Of a DNA stretch of 64,000 nt, positions 29,463 to 39,079 are shown piece by piece; the stretch's first letter is position 1; every line of letters begins with the position of its first letter. Where the stretch lies: IMG/VR virus record IMGVR_UViG_2899595130_000003. One strand, 5' to 3'. Position numbers and translations under genes: made by a program. Under the pieces are notes generated by a model. The model was not told the DNA's origin. It ran no database searches and was given only the letters and a program-made list of their open reading frames with translations. This stretch comes from a virus (Duplodnaviria; Caudoviricetes).

Positions 29463-30157
29463 TCTTCGGCAAACACATCACTAATAGACGGAACCCATGA
29501 ATCTGCACATCCGGTATTCTCATTGTAGATAAGACACTGGCTTGTATAGTCAACAAATCCCTTACTTTTCAGTATAAGGTCTTTTGCTGACTGAGGAAGT
29601 GATTGCATCTTCGGAACGATGTCACTTTCAATATGTGCAGGAACTTGCTTGATAACAAACAGTCCTTTGCCATTCCATCCACTTCTACGGATAGCAAGAC
29701 CGAACTTCAACGCCTCAATGGCTTCACCAAAACCATACTTGGTATCAGGTTCGGTTTTCGCTCCGTTTGCATACTCTATCCTGTTATGAAGCGTTCCAAG
29801 ATAACTTCCCATAGCTTCTCTTTGTAAATGAAGCAGGAATGCAGGATAGTCTTCCTTTATTGTTTTTCTGAACTTGTCAGAATCAACAAATGCGGAACAT
29901 TTCTCATACTTCTCGGTAAGCTCGAAATCCTCTATATAAAGTCGGTCAAGAAAAGTATCAGCGCACTTGTAAGCTTTTTCAAACTCTTCTTTAGGAAGCC
30001 ATGACTCAATATTATTATCATACTTCACGTGGTAGCCATTAATGGAAATCTCTTCCTTTGATAACTTTTCACCTACTGCAATGAGGCCGTTTTTGTCAGC
30101 TTCACCCATTGTCATAGGTTCAGCTTCAATCTGTTTTGTTCCAATGTACTTTTTCAT
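29444..30157 (-). CDS. Three-domain protein with C-terminal DUF2829/Tad2-like anti-defence sponge domain
   Basis: FGEAIEALK.G...RRSGWNGKG.FV...WVPS.SD.FAEDW (DUF2829); central helical crAss001_48-like segment; N-terminal MKKYIGTK.IEAEPM...GY.V.Y...SW.PK..FEKAY domain. Confidence 0.8.
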   Translation of the reverse strand: MKKYIGTKQIEAEPMTMGEADKNGLIAVGEKLSKEEISINGYHVKYDNNIESWLPKEEFEKAYKCADTFLDRLYIEDFELTEKYEKCSAFVDSDKFRKTIKEDYPAFLLHLQREAMGSYLGTLHNRIEYANGAKTEPDTKYGFGEAIEALKFGLAIRRSGWNGKGLFVIKQVPAHIESDIVPKMQSLPQSAKDLILKSKGFVDYTSQCLIYNENTGCADSWVPSISDVFAEDWEIVQ

Positions 30158-30176
30158 AACTATAATTTTTATATGA

Positions 30177-31583
30177 TTATTCAGCACCTTCAAACAAACT
30201 ATTCATTCTAACTTGCTGCAATGCTTGTTCTTCTTTCTGTATCTGTTTAAACGTTGCTTCCGGGTCTTTGGCTCCAGCTTCTTTAATTGTTTCAAGCTGG
30301 CTCTTAATGGCTTTACCTCCATTTTGTTTGATAAGTCTGTCAGTCATAGCAGTTTCATCATTCTGAATGAATGGAGTTATGACATGCTCAACTTCAACAT
30401 TATCAATTTCATCTTTCCAATCGGTATTCATGAATTTCAAGAACTCTTTTATCACGCTACATTCACGCTCAAAGAACTCAATCCATGCACCTGATTCATC
30501 GCCAATCTTCAAGTGAGCATCAGATAATATCATCTGTCTGGCATCAAAGCCGATGTTACCAAGAGCTTTCATGTTTTCAAATGAAAGGTCAGGCATCTGT
30601 CCTTGCATGAAGAATAGTTTAAGCAGAGTTTCCACATGATACTTTAAGGCTTCTATGGCTTGTGACCATGAAACATAAGAAACATCACCTCCATTCTTTA
30701 AGCGGAATAATCTACGAGATTCGCCTTTATCTTCATCGCCAACCAGTTCACCTGTAACTTTAAGTACAGGTGCCGAGTTATAGGCGATAACATCAGAGTT
30801 GCGAGACAGGGTGTATTCAATTTCTTCACGGATATGCGATAAACCATGATATATGGGTAAAAGACGGAAAGCATAAGCACCGGGTATCTTCCCAAGAAAA
30901 AGAGTGATTTTTTCCGGTTTCATAATAGATTCCCAGACGCCATCTTGCTGTTTCCATTTGAAGTGTTTATTGGCAGTATAGGTTTCAAAGAACGTTACTT
31001 CTTTATCTTTGATTTTCTTTTTGTATTCAAAGGACATGGCAAGCATATCATCCATTTCATCGAACAGAGGATATAATTTCACACCAGTCATTGGTGAGTA
31101 CGTCTTGCATTTCAGCTTATACTTACTATTGAATCCGTATAAGGTATTAGATTTTTCAACAGCATACCAGATAGTGAATATTTCGCAAGAGGCAAAATAA
31201 GCGTTGCCGCGTTTGATGTTTTCAGAATCAATCCGGGCATACTTATAAATAGCTTCAATGGCTTTGGCTATCTTCTGACGTTTTTCGTTATCTTCCGTGT
31301 TGTGATATACACGTCTAACAGGAATAGCAAAAGCAAATTCAGTTGTACGTTTGGTAAGAAGCTTTTCAAGACCAATGTAGATACGTGAAGCTTTTTCAAG
31401 TGTTCCGTCAGACTTAACCTTGTCCTTCCTGGTCTCCTTGTCATCTACAATCTTATGTTTGGTAGGTTCGTAGTCTTTCAGTAAATTGCTCCATTCAGGA
31501 ACATCTACAGACTTATTCTTCAAATCACTGATAACGTCAGCGATAGGTCTTGAACTATCAAGAATAGCGGTGATTTCGTCCAT
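30177..31583 (-). CDS. Portal protein (SPP1 gp6-like)
   Basis: 468 aa, between the terminase and MuF genes; PDLSFENM..LG motif. Confidence 0.85.
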   Translation of the reverse strand: MDEITAILDSSRPIADVISDLKNKSVDVPEWSNLLKDYEPTKHKIVDDKETRKDKVKSDGTLEKASRIYIGLEKLLTKRTTEFAFAIPVRRVYHNTEDNEKRQKIAKAIEAIYKYARIDSENIKRGNAYFASCEIFTIWYAVEKSNTLYGFNSKYKLKCKTYSPMTGVKLYPLFDEMDDMLAMSFEYKKKIKDKEVTFFETYTANKHFKWKQQDGVWESIMKPEKITLFLGKIPGAYAFRLLPIYHGLSHIREEIEYTLSRNSDVIAYNSAPVLKVTGELVGDEDKGESRRLFRLKNGGDVSYVSWSQAIEALKYHVETLLKLFFMQGQMPDLSFENMKALGNIGFDARQMILSDAHLKIGDESGAWIEFFERECSVIKEFLKFMNTDWKDEIDNVEVEHVITPFIQNDETAMTDRLIKQNGGKAIKSQLETIKEAGAKDPEATFKQIQKEEQALQQVRMNSLFEGAE

Positions 31584-31632
31584 TGTTATTCAGTTGTACG
31601 GTATAACTTCATACCGTGTAATATACTTACTG

Positions 31633-31664
31633 CAAAGATATATAATTATTTGAAAAACAAATAA
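31633..31664 (-). promoter_or_regulatory. Late-type promoter with TTATTTG-N5-CAAATAA palindrome (copy 2)
   Basis: -7 element TATCTTTG at 31633-31640; palindrome at 31646-31664. Confidence 0.7.
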
Positions 31665-31671
31665 TTTATTA

Positions 31672-31986
31672 CTATTTAAGTGGAATGTTACAAAGAACCT
31701 CCTGCGCACATTCTCCTTTCAGATAATCCACAGCAATGGCAGCAATAGATTTTGATTGCAGAGTTTTCAATTCATCATATCCTACAAAAGCAATATCATT
31801 GTTTTTGAGTATTTCCAAAGCTTTAGTATATCCTTCCTTGACAGAAGCATTAACAAACTTGTTGATCTTCTTTTCCTGCAGTCTTGCTTCTATCTTTTTA
31901 ATGGTATCAGCAATATGTTCTTGCGATGGAATAGGCAACTTTTGTCCTAAGAATATTGCCATGCGGTTTAAATCTTGTTGTTTCAT
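31672..31986 (-). CDS. Hypothetical protein
   Basis: ORF track. Confidence 0.6.
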   Translation of the reverse strand: MKQQDLNRMAIFLGQKLPIPSQEHIADTIKKIEARLQEKKINKFVNASVKEGYTKALEILKNNDIAFVGYDELKTLQSKSIAAIAVDYLKGECAQEVLCNIPLK

Positions 31987-32399
31987 AATTCCACCTCCAA
32001 TTCTTTTCCGATTAAATCAAAATAGATGTTTTGAAGCTGATGCAAGTATTGTATCTCCTTGCCACAAATTTGCTCTCCGCTTTCAAGATTGTTGATGTGT
32101 ACAATATATCTCTTTAGTCCGGGAATGATAATGTTCATTTTGAATTTGTCATCACGGTAGACATATCGAACAATGGCATCATCATTACATTCATTCATTC
32201 CGCACCTCAAAAGCAGTTTTTCTGAGAGAGGGATAGGCCTTAACAATTTTTCTTCTTTCCATCCTTCATATTGCCTTACTCCACCAAGAACAACTTTTAA
32301 TCCCATACCATCAATGGCGTATATAGGATAATAATTAGCATCATTGGAGGTCTTAATCTTTACAAGATTACCAATCCTCAATTCATTAACATTAATCAT
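31983..32399 (-). CDS. Hypothetical phage protein
   Basis: ELRIGNLV...PIPLSE..L..CG...YLHQLQN.YF.L.G.EL pattern common in Bacteroidetes phages. Confidence 0.65.
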   Translation of the reverse strand: MINVNELRIGNLVKIKTSNDANYYPIYAIDGMGLKVVLGGVRQYEGWKEEKLLRPIPLSEKLLLRCGMNECNDDAIVRYVYRDDKFKMNIIIPGLKRYIVHINNLESGEQICGKEIQYLHQLQNIYFDLIGKELEVEL

Positions 32400-32425
32400 A
32401 CCGTCTCTTTTTAACATTGACAAAT

Positions 32426-33964
32426 TTATAACATATTTCTCATAATCTCTTCATCACTAACAGCTAAATAATCCCACGGATAAAAAGTATTAGCGAGTGC
32501 ATCAAACCAGTCCGGAGAACGCTTGATACGCTTCTTAATTTCATCTTTAGCCTCTATAATGATACTACCGTTGCTTTGAAACCTCCAATGCGTTTCAGTA
32601 GCTTCCTCCATGAGTTTATCACATGGGGGCAAAGCGGCTCCAAAACCATTTTTAGGATTCAACCAATCACGTACTGCCCAAAACAAGTATGCACGCATAT
32701 TGGCAAAGCTATATTCGCCTGTTATATCATGTAACCCATGCGCACTTTCTGAAAACTTGCAGGAAAAAGCATTTTCATAACCCAGTTCCTGCAAACGAGA
32801 GAATACACCGGCCCCTTCGCCAATGGTATCAATAAAAGCTTTAGTTCCTTTCTTATCAAGATACTTAGTAGTCATTCCTGCTACATGCATATGATCTGCA
32901 GTGCCTGCGGATTGATGTGCATCAAACTCTGATACGTAATTCCCATACCGAGGGCAGAGTACACTATCATCCCGGCCCATGCCGGCAACATCGACACCGA
33001 GTTTACAACTTTTTTTTGGAGTAAAACAGTCCTCTTGCAGACGCTTCCAGTTCGCGTTAGCAATTTCAATCCATTCGTAAGGAATAAGAACATCTTCTGC
33101 CACTTTTGGAAACATACCGAGAACCTTAACACGAAACAAGTCGTTAGGGCGAAACAGCCGCTTCACGAATATTCCATTTTCTTCCATCTCAAACGAGAAA
33201 TCACCTTCTCCTTCATTAAAATCGTCCTTTTTAATTGGAGTACACCAGTTACTTACTTTATCTTTTACCCATTCATAATCCACTTGTCCGGGAATCAGCA
33301 ACTTTTTGCTAACTACATTCTCCGCATTAAGTGAATTTAAACGGAATTTCACAAAGCGGTTGGATTTCATGGCACGTGCAGCATATCCAGTAGTGATGTT
33401 AGGGTTAAAAACGATTAGCATGCGAGAATTGCCCTGCAAGTTACCTTCAATCGCATTGTATGTAATTTCCGATATTCCGGATGCTTCCGTAACAACAAAC
33501 ATTGTATTGGCAGCATGAAAACCTGACCACGCTTCCTGATTATCATCTCCTGCCTTGAATCCAGTTAGAAACCATTCTTCGTAATTGGTTCGTATATCAT
33601 AACCAACAATACGGCCGGGAAGACAACCTGCGTTACGATATAATCTTCTTATTTCTGGAACCATAATGTTTTTAACTTGGCGATCAGTGGGTGCAGTCAT
33701 GGCTATTTTGGTATTTTTTACTAACTTGCCATCTTTCCAACGAGGAGTAAGGTACATAAAGCACAAAGAGGCACAGGCGGCTACGAAATCTTTACCACGA
33801 GCCGTACCCGATGCCACAGCTGTCATTGGATTGTTCTGTACACTATGTATAATATCCTGTTGCTCATTATCTAAACGAGCTTTAAGAACATCACGAACGA
33901 ACATATTCCAGTCGGAACGCCATAACTTCATTTTACGCTTGGCTTTATCTTCATTATCCATCAC
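32426..33964 (-). CDS. terL: Terminase large subunit
   Basis: Walker A-like SGTARGKD, Walker B-like VVTEASG, NP motif, nuclease LGVDVAGMGRDDS and RSPD..DAL. Confidence 0.92.
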   Translation of the reverse strand: MMDNEDKAKRKMKLWRSDWNMFVRDVLKARLDNEQQDIIHSVQNNPMTAVASGTARGKDFVAACASLCFMYLTPRWKDGKLVKNTKIAMTAPTDRQVKNIMVPEIRRLYRNAGCLPGRIVGYDIRTNYEEWFLTGFKAGDDNQEAWSGFHAANTMFVVTEASGISEITYNAIEGNLQGNSRMLIVFNPNITTGYAARAMKSNRFVKFRLNSLNAENVVSKKLLIPGQVDYEWVKDKVSNWCTPIKKDDFNEGEGDFSFEMEENGIFVKRLFRPNDLFRVKVLGMFPKVAEDVLIPYEWIEIANANWKRLQEDCFTPKKSCKLGVDVAGMGRDDSVLCPRYGNYVSEFDAHQSAGTADHMHVAGMTTKYLDKKGTKAFIDTIGEGAGVFSRLQELGYENAFSCKFSESAHGLHDITGEYSFANMRAYLFWAVRDWLNPKNGFGAALPPCDKLMEEATETHWRFQSNGSIIIEAKDEIKKRIKRSPDWFDALANTFYPWDYLAVSDEEIMRNML

Positions 33965-34326
33965 TCATCGTCATCCGGTAATTCTTGCATTAATTTCTCA
34001 AACCCGTTTACATTCAAATCTGATTCTGTTTTTTCTACATAACCACGATGTTTCATTTTAGTTTTGCTTAGCCAAATAAGCATAGTATTGTCCTGCTCCG
34101 TCAGAGCTTTGGCAAACATTGTAGTTTCCAGTTTGTCATAAAAACTTTCCTCTACCTCTTTCCATTTTTCGGCAAAATCCGCATCTTTTGATTTCCATTT
34201 ATAGGCAAGGGTTCGAGAGATGGATGCAGCCTTACATGCAGATGTAACATTAAGCATTCTTGCGTCCAATGCTTTAAGAAACAATTCTTTTTTCTGCTTC
34301 GTATTAAGTCTATACTTCTGTGTCAT
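33961..34326 (-). CDS. Terminase small subunit (HTH)
   Basis: FL.AL....NVT.AC..A.ISR..AY.W...D.DF motif; directly upstream of terL. Confidence 0.8.
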   Translation of the reverse strand: MTQKYRLNTKQKKELFLKALDARMLNVTSACKAASISRTLAYKWKSKDADFAEKWKEVEESFYDKLETTMFAKALTEQDNTMLIWLSKTKMKHRGYVEKTESDLNVNGFEKLMQELPDDDE

Positions 34327-35014
34327 CTTTACTGCCCTCCAACACGTTATTTACAATTTCAATCATTTTGCATATACTTAAAGCCTGAGCCTTAATTTTA
34401 TACTTAGCTTGGACTTTCGATGATACTTCGTTGAGCCGGTGCATTGTTTCCATATCCAGCAGAGTAAGATTGCCAAGTTCTTTCTCTGAATAGCAATCTA
34501 ATGTTTCCATCAGTTTATCGAATGTAACTTTCTGCGTATCAACAAACATCAAAGTAACCGGCACAATTTCGTTGTTAGGCATTTCAACGGTATAGTTAAT
34601 GTCCTTCACACTTTCCAGCACTTCATTGCTGATATGTGCATACTCCTTCAGTGCAACATCAGTAATCTCATCAAGGAGTTGCTTCAATATCTCTGCATCA
34701 TCAGTACCAACTATGCTGTTATGGCTAAGCTGCGTAGCAAGTAACCAATCATTGGTTGTTTCTTCTTCATCTATGTACATGACATGGATGGAAGTAAGAC
34801 CGGCCATCTTTGCCGCTTGTGTACGGTGATTACCGCTTACCACCGTATAGGAATCGTCCGAATGCCTTACACAAAACGGTACAGACGATAATTGGCCGTC
34901 CCTACGAATGTTATTCACTAAGGCATTAAACGTGTCCTGCTGCATAAAATGTGCATTCTTCTTGACAAGTTTAATGTCAGACAGTTGAACTTCTGCTATC
35001 TTAAATTTTCCCAT
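34310..35014 (-). CDS. ParB/Srx-domain protein
   Basis: NAHFM...F..LV.NI.RDG.L...P...VVSGNHR..AA...G...QLSHN motif. Confidence 0.85.
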   Translation of the reverse strand: MGKFKIAEVQLSDIKLVKKNAHFMQQDTFNALVNNIRRDGQLSSVPFCVRHSDDSYTVVSGNHRTQAAKMAGLTSIHVMYIDEEETTNDWLLATQLSHNSIVGTDDAEILKQLLDEITDVALKEYAHISNEVLESVKDINYTVEMPNNEIVPVTLMFVDTQKVTFDKLMETLDCYSEKELGNLTLLDMETMHRLNEVSSKVQAKYKIKAQALSICKMIEIVNNVLEGSKDDTEV

Positions 35015-35017
35015 AAA

Positions 35018-37105
35018 TTACTCCTTTCTCGGTTCATCACCGTATTTTTTAACAAATGATTTTAATATATCATCTAACTTTCCACGAACACCAGCATATT
35101 GTATATAATGCAATTTACCAACACAACGCTCATGCAATTTAAATACACCACGATACTTCATGCTTACCGGCTTATCGGTAAACACAGAAGTAGCAATCAC
35201 TCCACACTCATGCTTGTACCTTATATCCAACTCTGATTTGAATTCCCATGAAAGTACACCCATTATCAGCAATCTACTTAACTTGGGCAAAGGGTGGTCT
35301 ATAACAAAGTCAGATTTCATCCAAACTGCATCCATGCCGTATTTACTGACCTTCAGGAAGTCAAACATACAGGCCCCGAATACATAATCATCCAAAAACC
35401 ATAAATAACAGAATGGAGCCGATCCGAGTATGATGCCTTTTTTCAAGTAAATCATCCGCAAATAATCAATCTCCGCCATTGAAGCACGAACAAACCGGAG
35501 TTTGCTTTTATTTGTAAGCACGTAATCATCCGGCAACCGTTTATACTTTAGAGGGGTAATAGTACGCTTGTTAAAGCTGCTATCTCCGCTTTCTACCACA
35601 TTAGACCAAATATATGTGCGTTGGTCTTTGAATACCTCTCTTCTACCCATAAATCCATGCTGAGAGAGAGCCATGTAATTAACTTGTTCTTCATCTATTT
35701 CTCCATATTTCGTTTTAGTTCGTTCTTGTGATCCGAAATCATCCAATAAGAATCGTTGTAATGCATTGCTTGTCGCTTTCATGCCGGAATGAAACTCGTT
35801 CTGATAAATCAGTATATCTTTTTCTCCGCAATTTAGAATAGCGTCCGATATATCAGCGCAATAAAGCACTTCAATAGATTTGCTCTTAAGGTTATCTACG
35901 AGCTTTTGATAACGTTCCGTGTATTTCTTCTGGTAATACTCTAATTTTGCCATGAAATCGTCATAAAGAGACTTGTGGTAAATATCCTGTGAATTCTTAT
36001 GCTTTTTGATCGCATTGAATAGATGGATAGTAGCTATGATTTCAGCCGGACTTTCAGACTTGATATTCAAAAACTCGTATTCTTCATTAAAGCACAGTTC
36101 TTTTATCTCTCCCTTTATTGCCTTGTACATCATATAGATAAAATACTCTTTTGTGTACACCTTAATCTCACGGTTGGTAAGCACCTGCTCTATATCCATA
36201 TAGTATGAGTTTACCACGTGGGCAACATCAAACTTTGCAGCTTCTTTCTTGATGAAGGACAGCATACGGTTGGACTTCTTGAACATGGAGCCTACTATAG
36301 TCACATTATCCGAATGTTCTGCCGCCCAAAGTAACGGTTTATGCCTTTGTGGAACTTTGGAGTAATCTATATGAAATACTTCCAAGCATTTCTCAATAGT
36401 AGTAAGTTGCTTGTATTCTTCCATATCTTCATGTAAATAAGCATATTCCACGAATGAATACATGAACTTGATTGTTTCAAGTACCTTGTCAAAATCCCAT
36501 GAACTGTTGAATATACGAAACTCCACTGTACCAATCTTGGCTATAGAGCACAGATTGAGCCAATACCTGATATGTCCCCTATCAGAGCCATTGCTAAATA
36601 CTTTAAGTAGGTTGTCAATATTGTCGGCTTCCAATACACGTTTTACCACATCCCAGGGAGGACTGGGAACGAGATATTTTGTTTCCCACCACTCTGCAAT
36701 GTCAAATATTCGTTTAATTGGATATGCTGTATAGTAAGAAAGGACAAACATACGTTTGATAACATCCAAATCCATATCTTTGATATACAGATGTGCATCA
36801 AACCCTTCATTCCACATCAGATAGCTTCCCGCATCTTTCATGGTCTGAATGAAATCTTTCAATTCCTGCAAATCTTCCGCACAATAATGGTATGGGCGGG
36901 TGTTTATCTCTCCACCAAACTGCCCGTGATGAGTTACCGCTGAACCATCCGAATTATTCATCATGGTTAGCTTGTTGTCCGTCCACTTGTAACCGGATGG
37001 AAGTGGAATGCGCTGCTTATCGCCATCAGCAAACTCCAGCTCCATACCAAAAGTACGATTGGCTATATAGTCGATACACGGTTTATCTGTATTCATGTTC
37101 TGCAT
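35018..37105 (-). CDS. Amidoligase (COOH-NH2 ligase) fused to a degenerate MTase-like region and a C-terminal GNAT/Mom-like domain
   Basis: N-terminal TFGMELEF, GEINT, DAHLYI, RYWLNL, TVEFRIFNSS; C-terminal WMKSDF...KLSRLLI...TSVFTDKPVSMKYRGVFKL. Confidence 0.7.
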   Translation of the reverse strand: MQNMNTDKPCIDYIANRTFGMELEFADGDKQRIPLPSGYKWTDNKLTMMNNSDGSAVTHHGQFGGEINTRPYHYCAEDLQELKDFIQTMKDAGSYLMWNEGFDAHLYIKDMDLDVIKRMFVLSYYTAYPIKRIFDIAEWWETKYLVPSPPWDVVKRVLEADNIDNLLKVFSNGSDRGHIRYWLNLCSIAKIGTVEFRIFNSSWDFDKVLETIKFMYSFVEYAYLHEDMEEYKQLTTIEKCLEVFHIDYSKVPQRHKPLLWAAEHSDNVTIVGSMFKKSNRMLSFIKKEAAKFDVAHVVNSYYMDIEQVLTNREIKVYTKEYFIYMMYKAIKGEIKELCFNEEYEFLNIKSESPAEIIATIHLFNAIKKHKNSQDIYHKSLYDDFMAKLEYYQKKYTERYQKLVDNLKSKSIEVLYCADISDAILNCGEKDILIYQNEFHSGMKATSNALQRFLLDDFGSQERTKTKYGEIDEEQVNYMALSQHGFMGRREVFKDQRTYIWSNVVESGDSSFNKRTITPLKYKRLPDDYVLTNKSKLRFVRASMAEIDYLRMIYLKKGIILGSAPFCYLWFLDDYVFGACMFDFLKVSKYGMDAVWMKSDFVIDHPLPKLSRLLIMGVLSWEFKSELDIRYKHECGVIATSVFTDKPVSMKYRGVFKLHERCVGKLHYIQYAGVRGKLDDILKSFVKKYGDEPRKE

Positions 37106-37961
37106 ATTTCAACTTAACTAAAGATTTATAATCGGGGACAAACCTAACCAAATCGCCAATGCGATAATCCGAAACATGGTCGCATTGCATTATCGTATAT
37201 TCACTGGAGCTATCTACATACTTCAAATCTTTTTGGTAATCAATTCGACATTTATCTAAATCAGCCATTGAATAACCACAGTCCAAAATCAGCTGATTGC
37301 GTTCGGGATAGATACCGATAATTTTTGTCTGTACCTCTACTCCGTTAAGACCTAATTTCTCTTTATCATCACAATATGGTATTGTGCCGAATAGCATATA
37401 CTCACCTATGCGAACATCACTTATGAAGTTCGGGAGTTTACCATTTTTGCCAAGCCAAAAGCTACCACCTAAACTGATAGAGTCAATACAATGTCGTAAA
37501 CTATTCCAAATGCGGTACAACTTTTCTTCGGATGGGTGATTCTTGTTAAGACAGCCAGAAGTAATCAAACCGTATACATGAGCACTGGAAAGCATCTTTA
37601 TTTCATAAGCCAGCTTACTTGTTTCATAAATACTTAATCCTTCCCTATTATCGTCTGCATTGATAGGGATATAAAAATTACGTATTCCATAGCATCCCTC
37701 TCCATTGATATTAAAACACTTCCAAACGTCAGAGAATGATGTCACTACCGCCCCACTATTCTCCTTTACGGCCTTGCCAATAGAATAGCATATACTGTCT
37801 TTTAAGTGTAAACCGAAAAACTTGTTCTTTACCTTATCTGTTATATGCTCATAAACATCTTCATAGAAATCCTTGAACATCAACGAGATTGGAACATTAA
37901 CAAAAGACTGTCCCTTTTCAATGTTCTCTATTATATTCTTTGTATAGACCACAACTTTCAT
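37083..37961 (-). CDS. PLP-dependent alanine/ornithine racemase-like enzyme
   Basis: Lys in SLMFK, D.REG, SLGGS, VRIGEY.LFG, ILDCG, SSEY, GD.V.F.P.Y motifs of the Ala-racemase N-terminal/Orr family. Confidence 0.75.
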   Translation of the reverse strand: MKVVVYTKNIIENIEKGQSFVNVPISLMFKDFYEDVYEHITDKVKNKFFGLHLKDSICYSIGKAVKENSGAVVTSFSDVWKCFNINGEGCYGIRNFYIPINADDNREGLSIYETSKLAYEIKMLSSAHVYGLITSGCLNKNHPSEEKLYRIWNSLRHCIDSISLGGSFWLGKNGKLPNFISDVRIGEYMLFGTIPYCDDKEKLGLNGVEVQTKIIGIYPERNQLILDCGYSMADLDKCRIDYQKDLKYVDSSSEYTIMQCDHVSDYRIGDLVRFVPDYKSLVKLKYAEHEYR

Positions 37962-38857
37962 AGCTCCCACTTTAAGATTAAACGTTCAGTTCCTTTGTAT
38001 TTGGTATCTCTTTTGAATGAGAACCCTGCATTGATGAAACTCTTCACGCTTGCCTCATTCTTAGGTGAAGTCATGGCAAATATCTCTTGCGCGCCATCAA
38101 AAATCAGTTTGGAAATATTGGAATTGAGAAGTATATATTGAAGTCCGTTGCCCCTATAATCAGAATGAACAAAGCATTTATCCACGTAGGCAGTACCGTA
38201 TTCAGTGAAGTATGCAAGCGAATAGGCAACCAACTTGTCATTTACCAGTAACCCATAGCTGCAACCGGATTGCAAGCACTTGACTATATCTTCTGGTTCT
38301 GAAGGGAAACACATATCCGGATTGGAATGAAGAGTTTGCTCCATCTTTTCAATATCGGATATATCAGAGATAGACAAAGCTTTTACTTGCATTTTGTATT
38401 CTATGCTTCCTTTTTGCGTAGGAAACAATGGTTCATAACGGTCAATCCATGCTTTTGAGAGGAAGGTGTCTATATCAACTTTAGGTAGTAACACTTTTCT
38501 GTAATTGTTGAAAATATCTAATACAAACTCCTTATGCTTAGTAAGTTGTTCATTCTTCAACGGACACTTGCCACTACGAAAGACAAAGCCTTTTTTCACA
38601 GACTTTACCCATAAAGGATAAGTACGGCACATGACAGGCTTGTAACCGTGGTCACATAACTTGCAATCTTTAGCAACACATTTTACCTTTTTGCCGCCAA
38701 AGTAATCATTGTCTATAATTTGTAAATGGGAAATTTCCTGTTCATGACCATCAAGTTCATGGGGGAGAATTACAATATGCCCGTCCAATCCGAACGAACA
38801 ACACTTCCAACCGCAGCCGGAGTTTTCACATGCTCTTATTAGTCCTTTATCGTCCAT
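37958..38857 (-). CDS. YkgJ-like Cys-cluster domain fused to a GNAT N-acyltransferase
   Basis: C...GC...CC...C...C..C...KP..CRTYP; GNAT motif A VHSDYRGNGLQ and N.AS..SF..AGF. Confidence 0.85.
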   Translation of the reverse strand: MDDKGLIRACENSGCGWKCCSFGLDGHIVILPHELDGHEQEISHLQIIDNDYFGGKKVKCVAKDCKLCDHGYKPVMCRTYPLWVKSVKKGFVFRSGKCPLKNEQLTKHKEFVLDIFNNYRKVLLPKVDIDTFLSKAWIDRYEPLFPTQKGSIEYKMQVKALSISDISDIEKMEQTLHSNPDMCFPSEPEDIVKCLQSGCSYGLLVNDKLVAYSLAYFTEYGTAYVDKCFVHSDYRGNGLQYILLNSNISKLIFDGAQEIFAMTSPKNEASVKSFINAGFSFKRDTKYKGTERLILKWEL

Positions 38858-38898
38858 ATATGTAGGTTGTATATAACTTCATATACATTCTGCGAATA

Positions 38899-38922
38899 CC
38901 TGCCGGGCGTATTCCCGGCAGG
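38899..38922 (-). terminator. Strong hairpin at the 3' end of the ncRNA array (terminator, attenuator or processing stem)
   Basis: CCTGCCGGG-n6-CCCGGCAGG. Confidence 0.5.
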
Positions 38923-39079
38923 CTTAAACACAAATCCATCATTCTTCAAGCTACTTGCAAGAACGCTTATGTAATCTATTCGGCTTCTTTTCAGTCGTGT
39001 CAGATAGCAATATCTATCACCCCGTAAATTGTATAAGCCCTATTGTTCCTGCTTTCGCTTATCGCTATCATAAGGGTTG

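Noticed and set aside
38873-38885. ATAACTTCATATA resembles one loxP arm (ATAACTTCGTATA)
   Set aside because: Only a single arm, with no inverted partner or 8-bp spacer; better explained as part of the GAAGTT-loop hairpin
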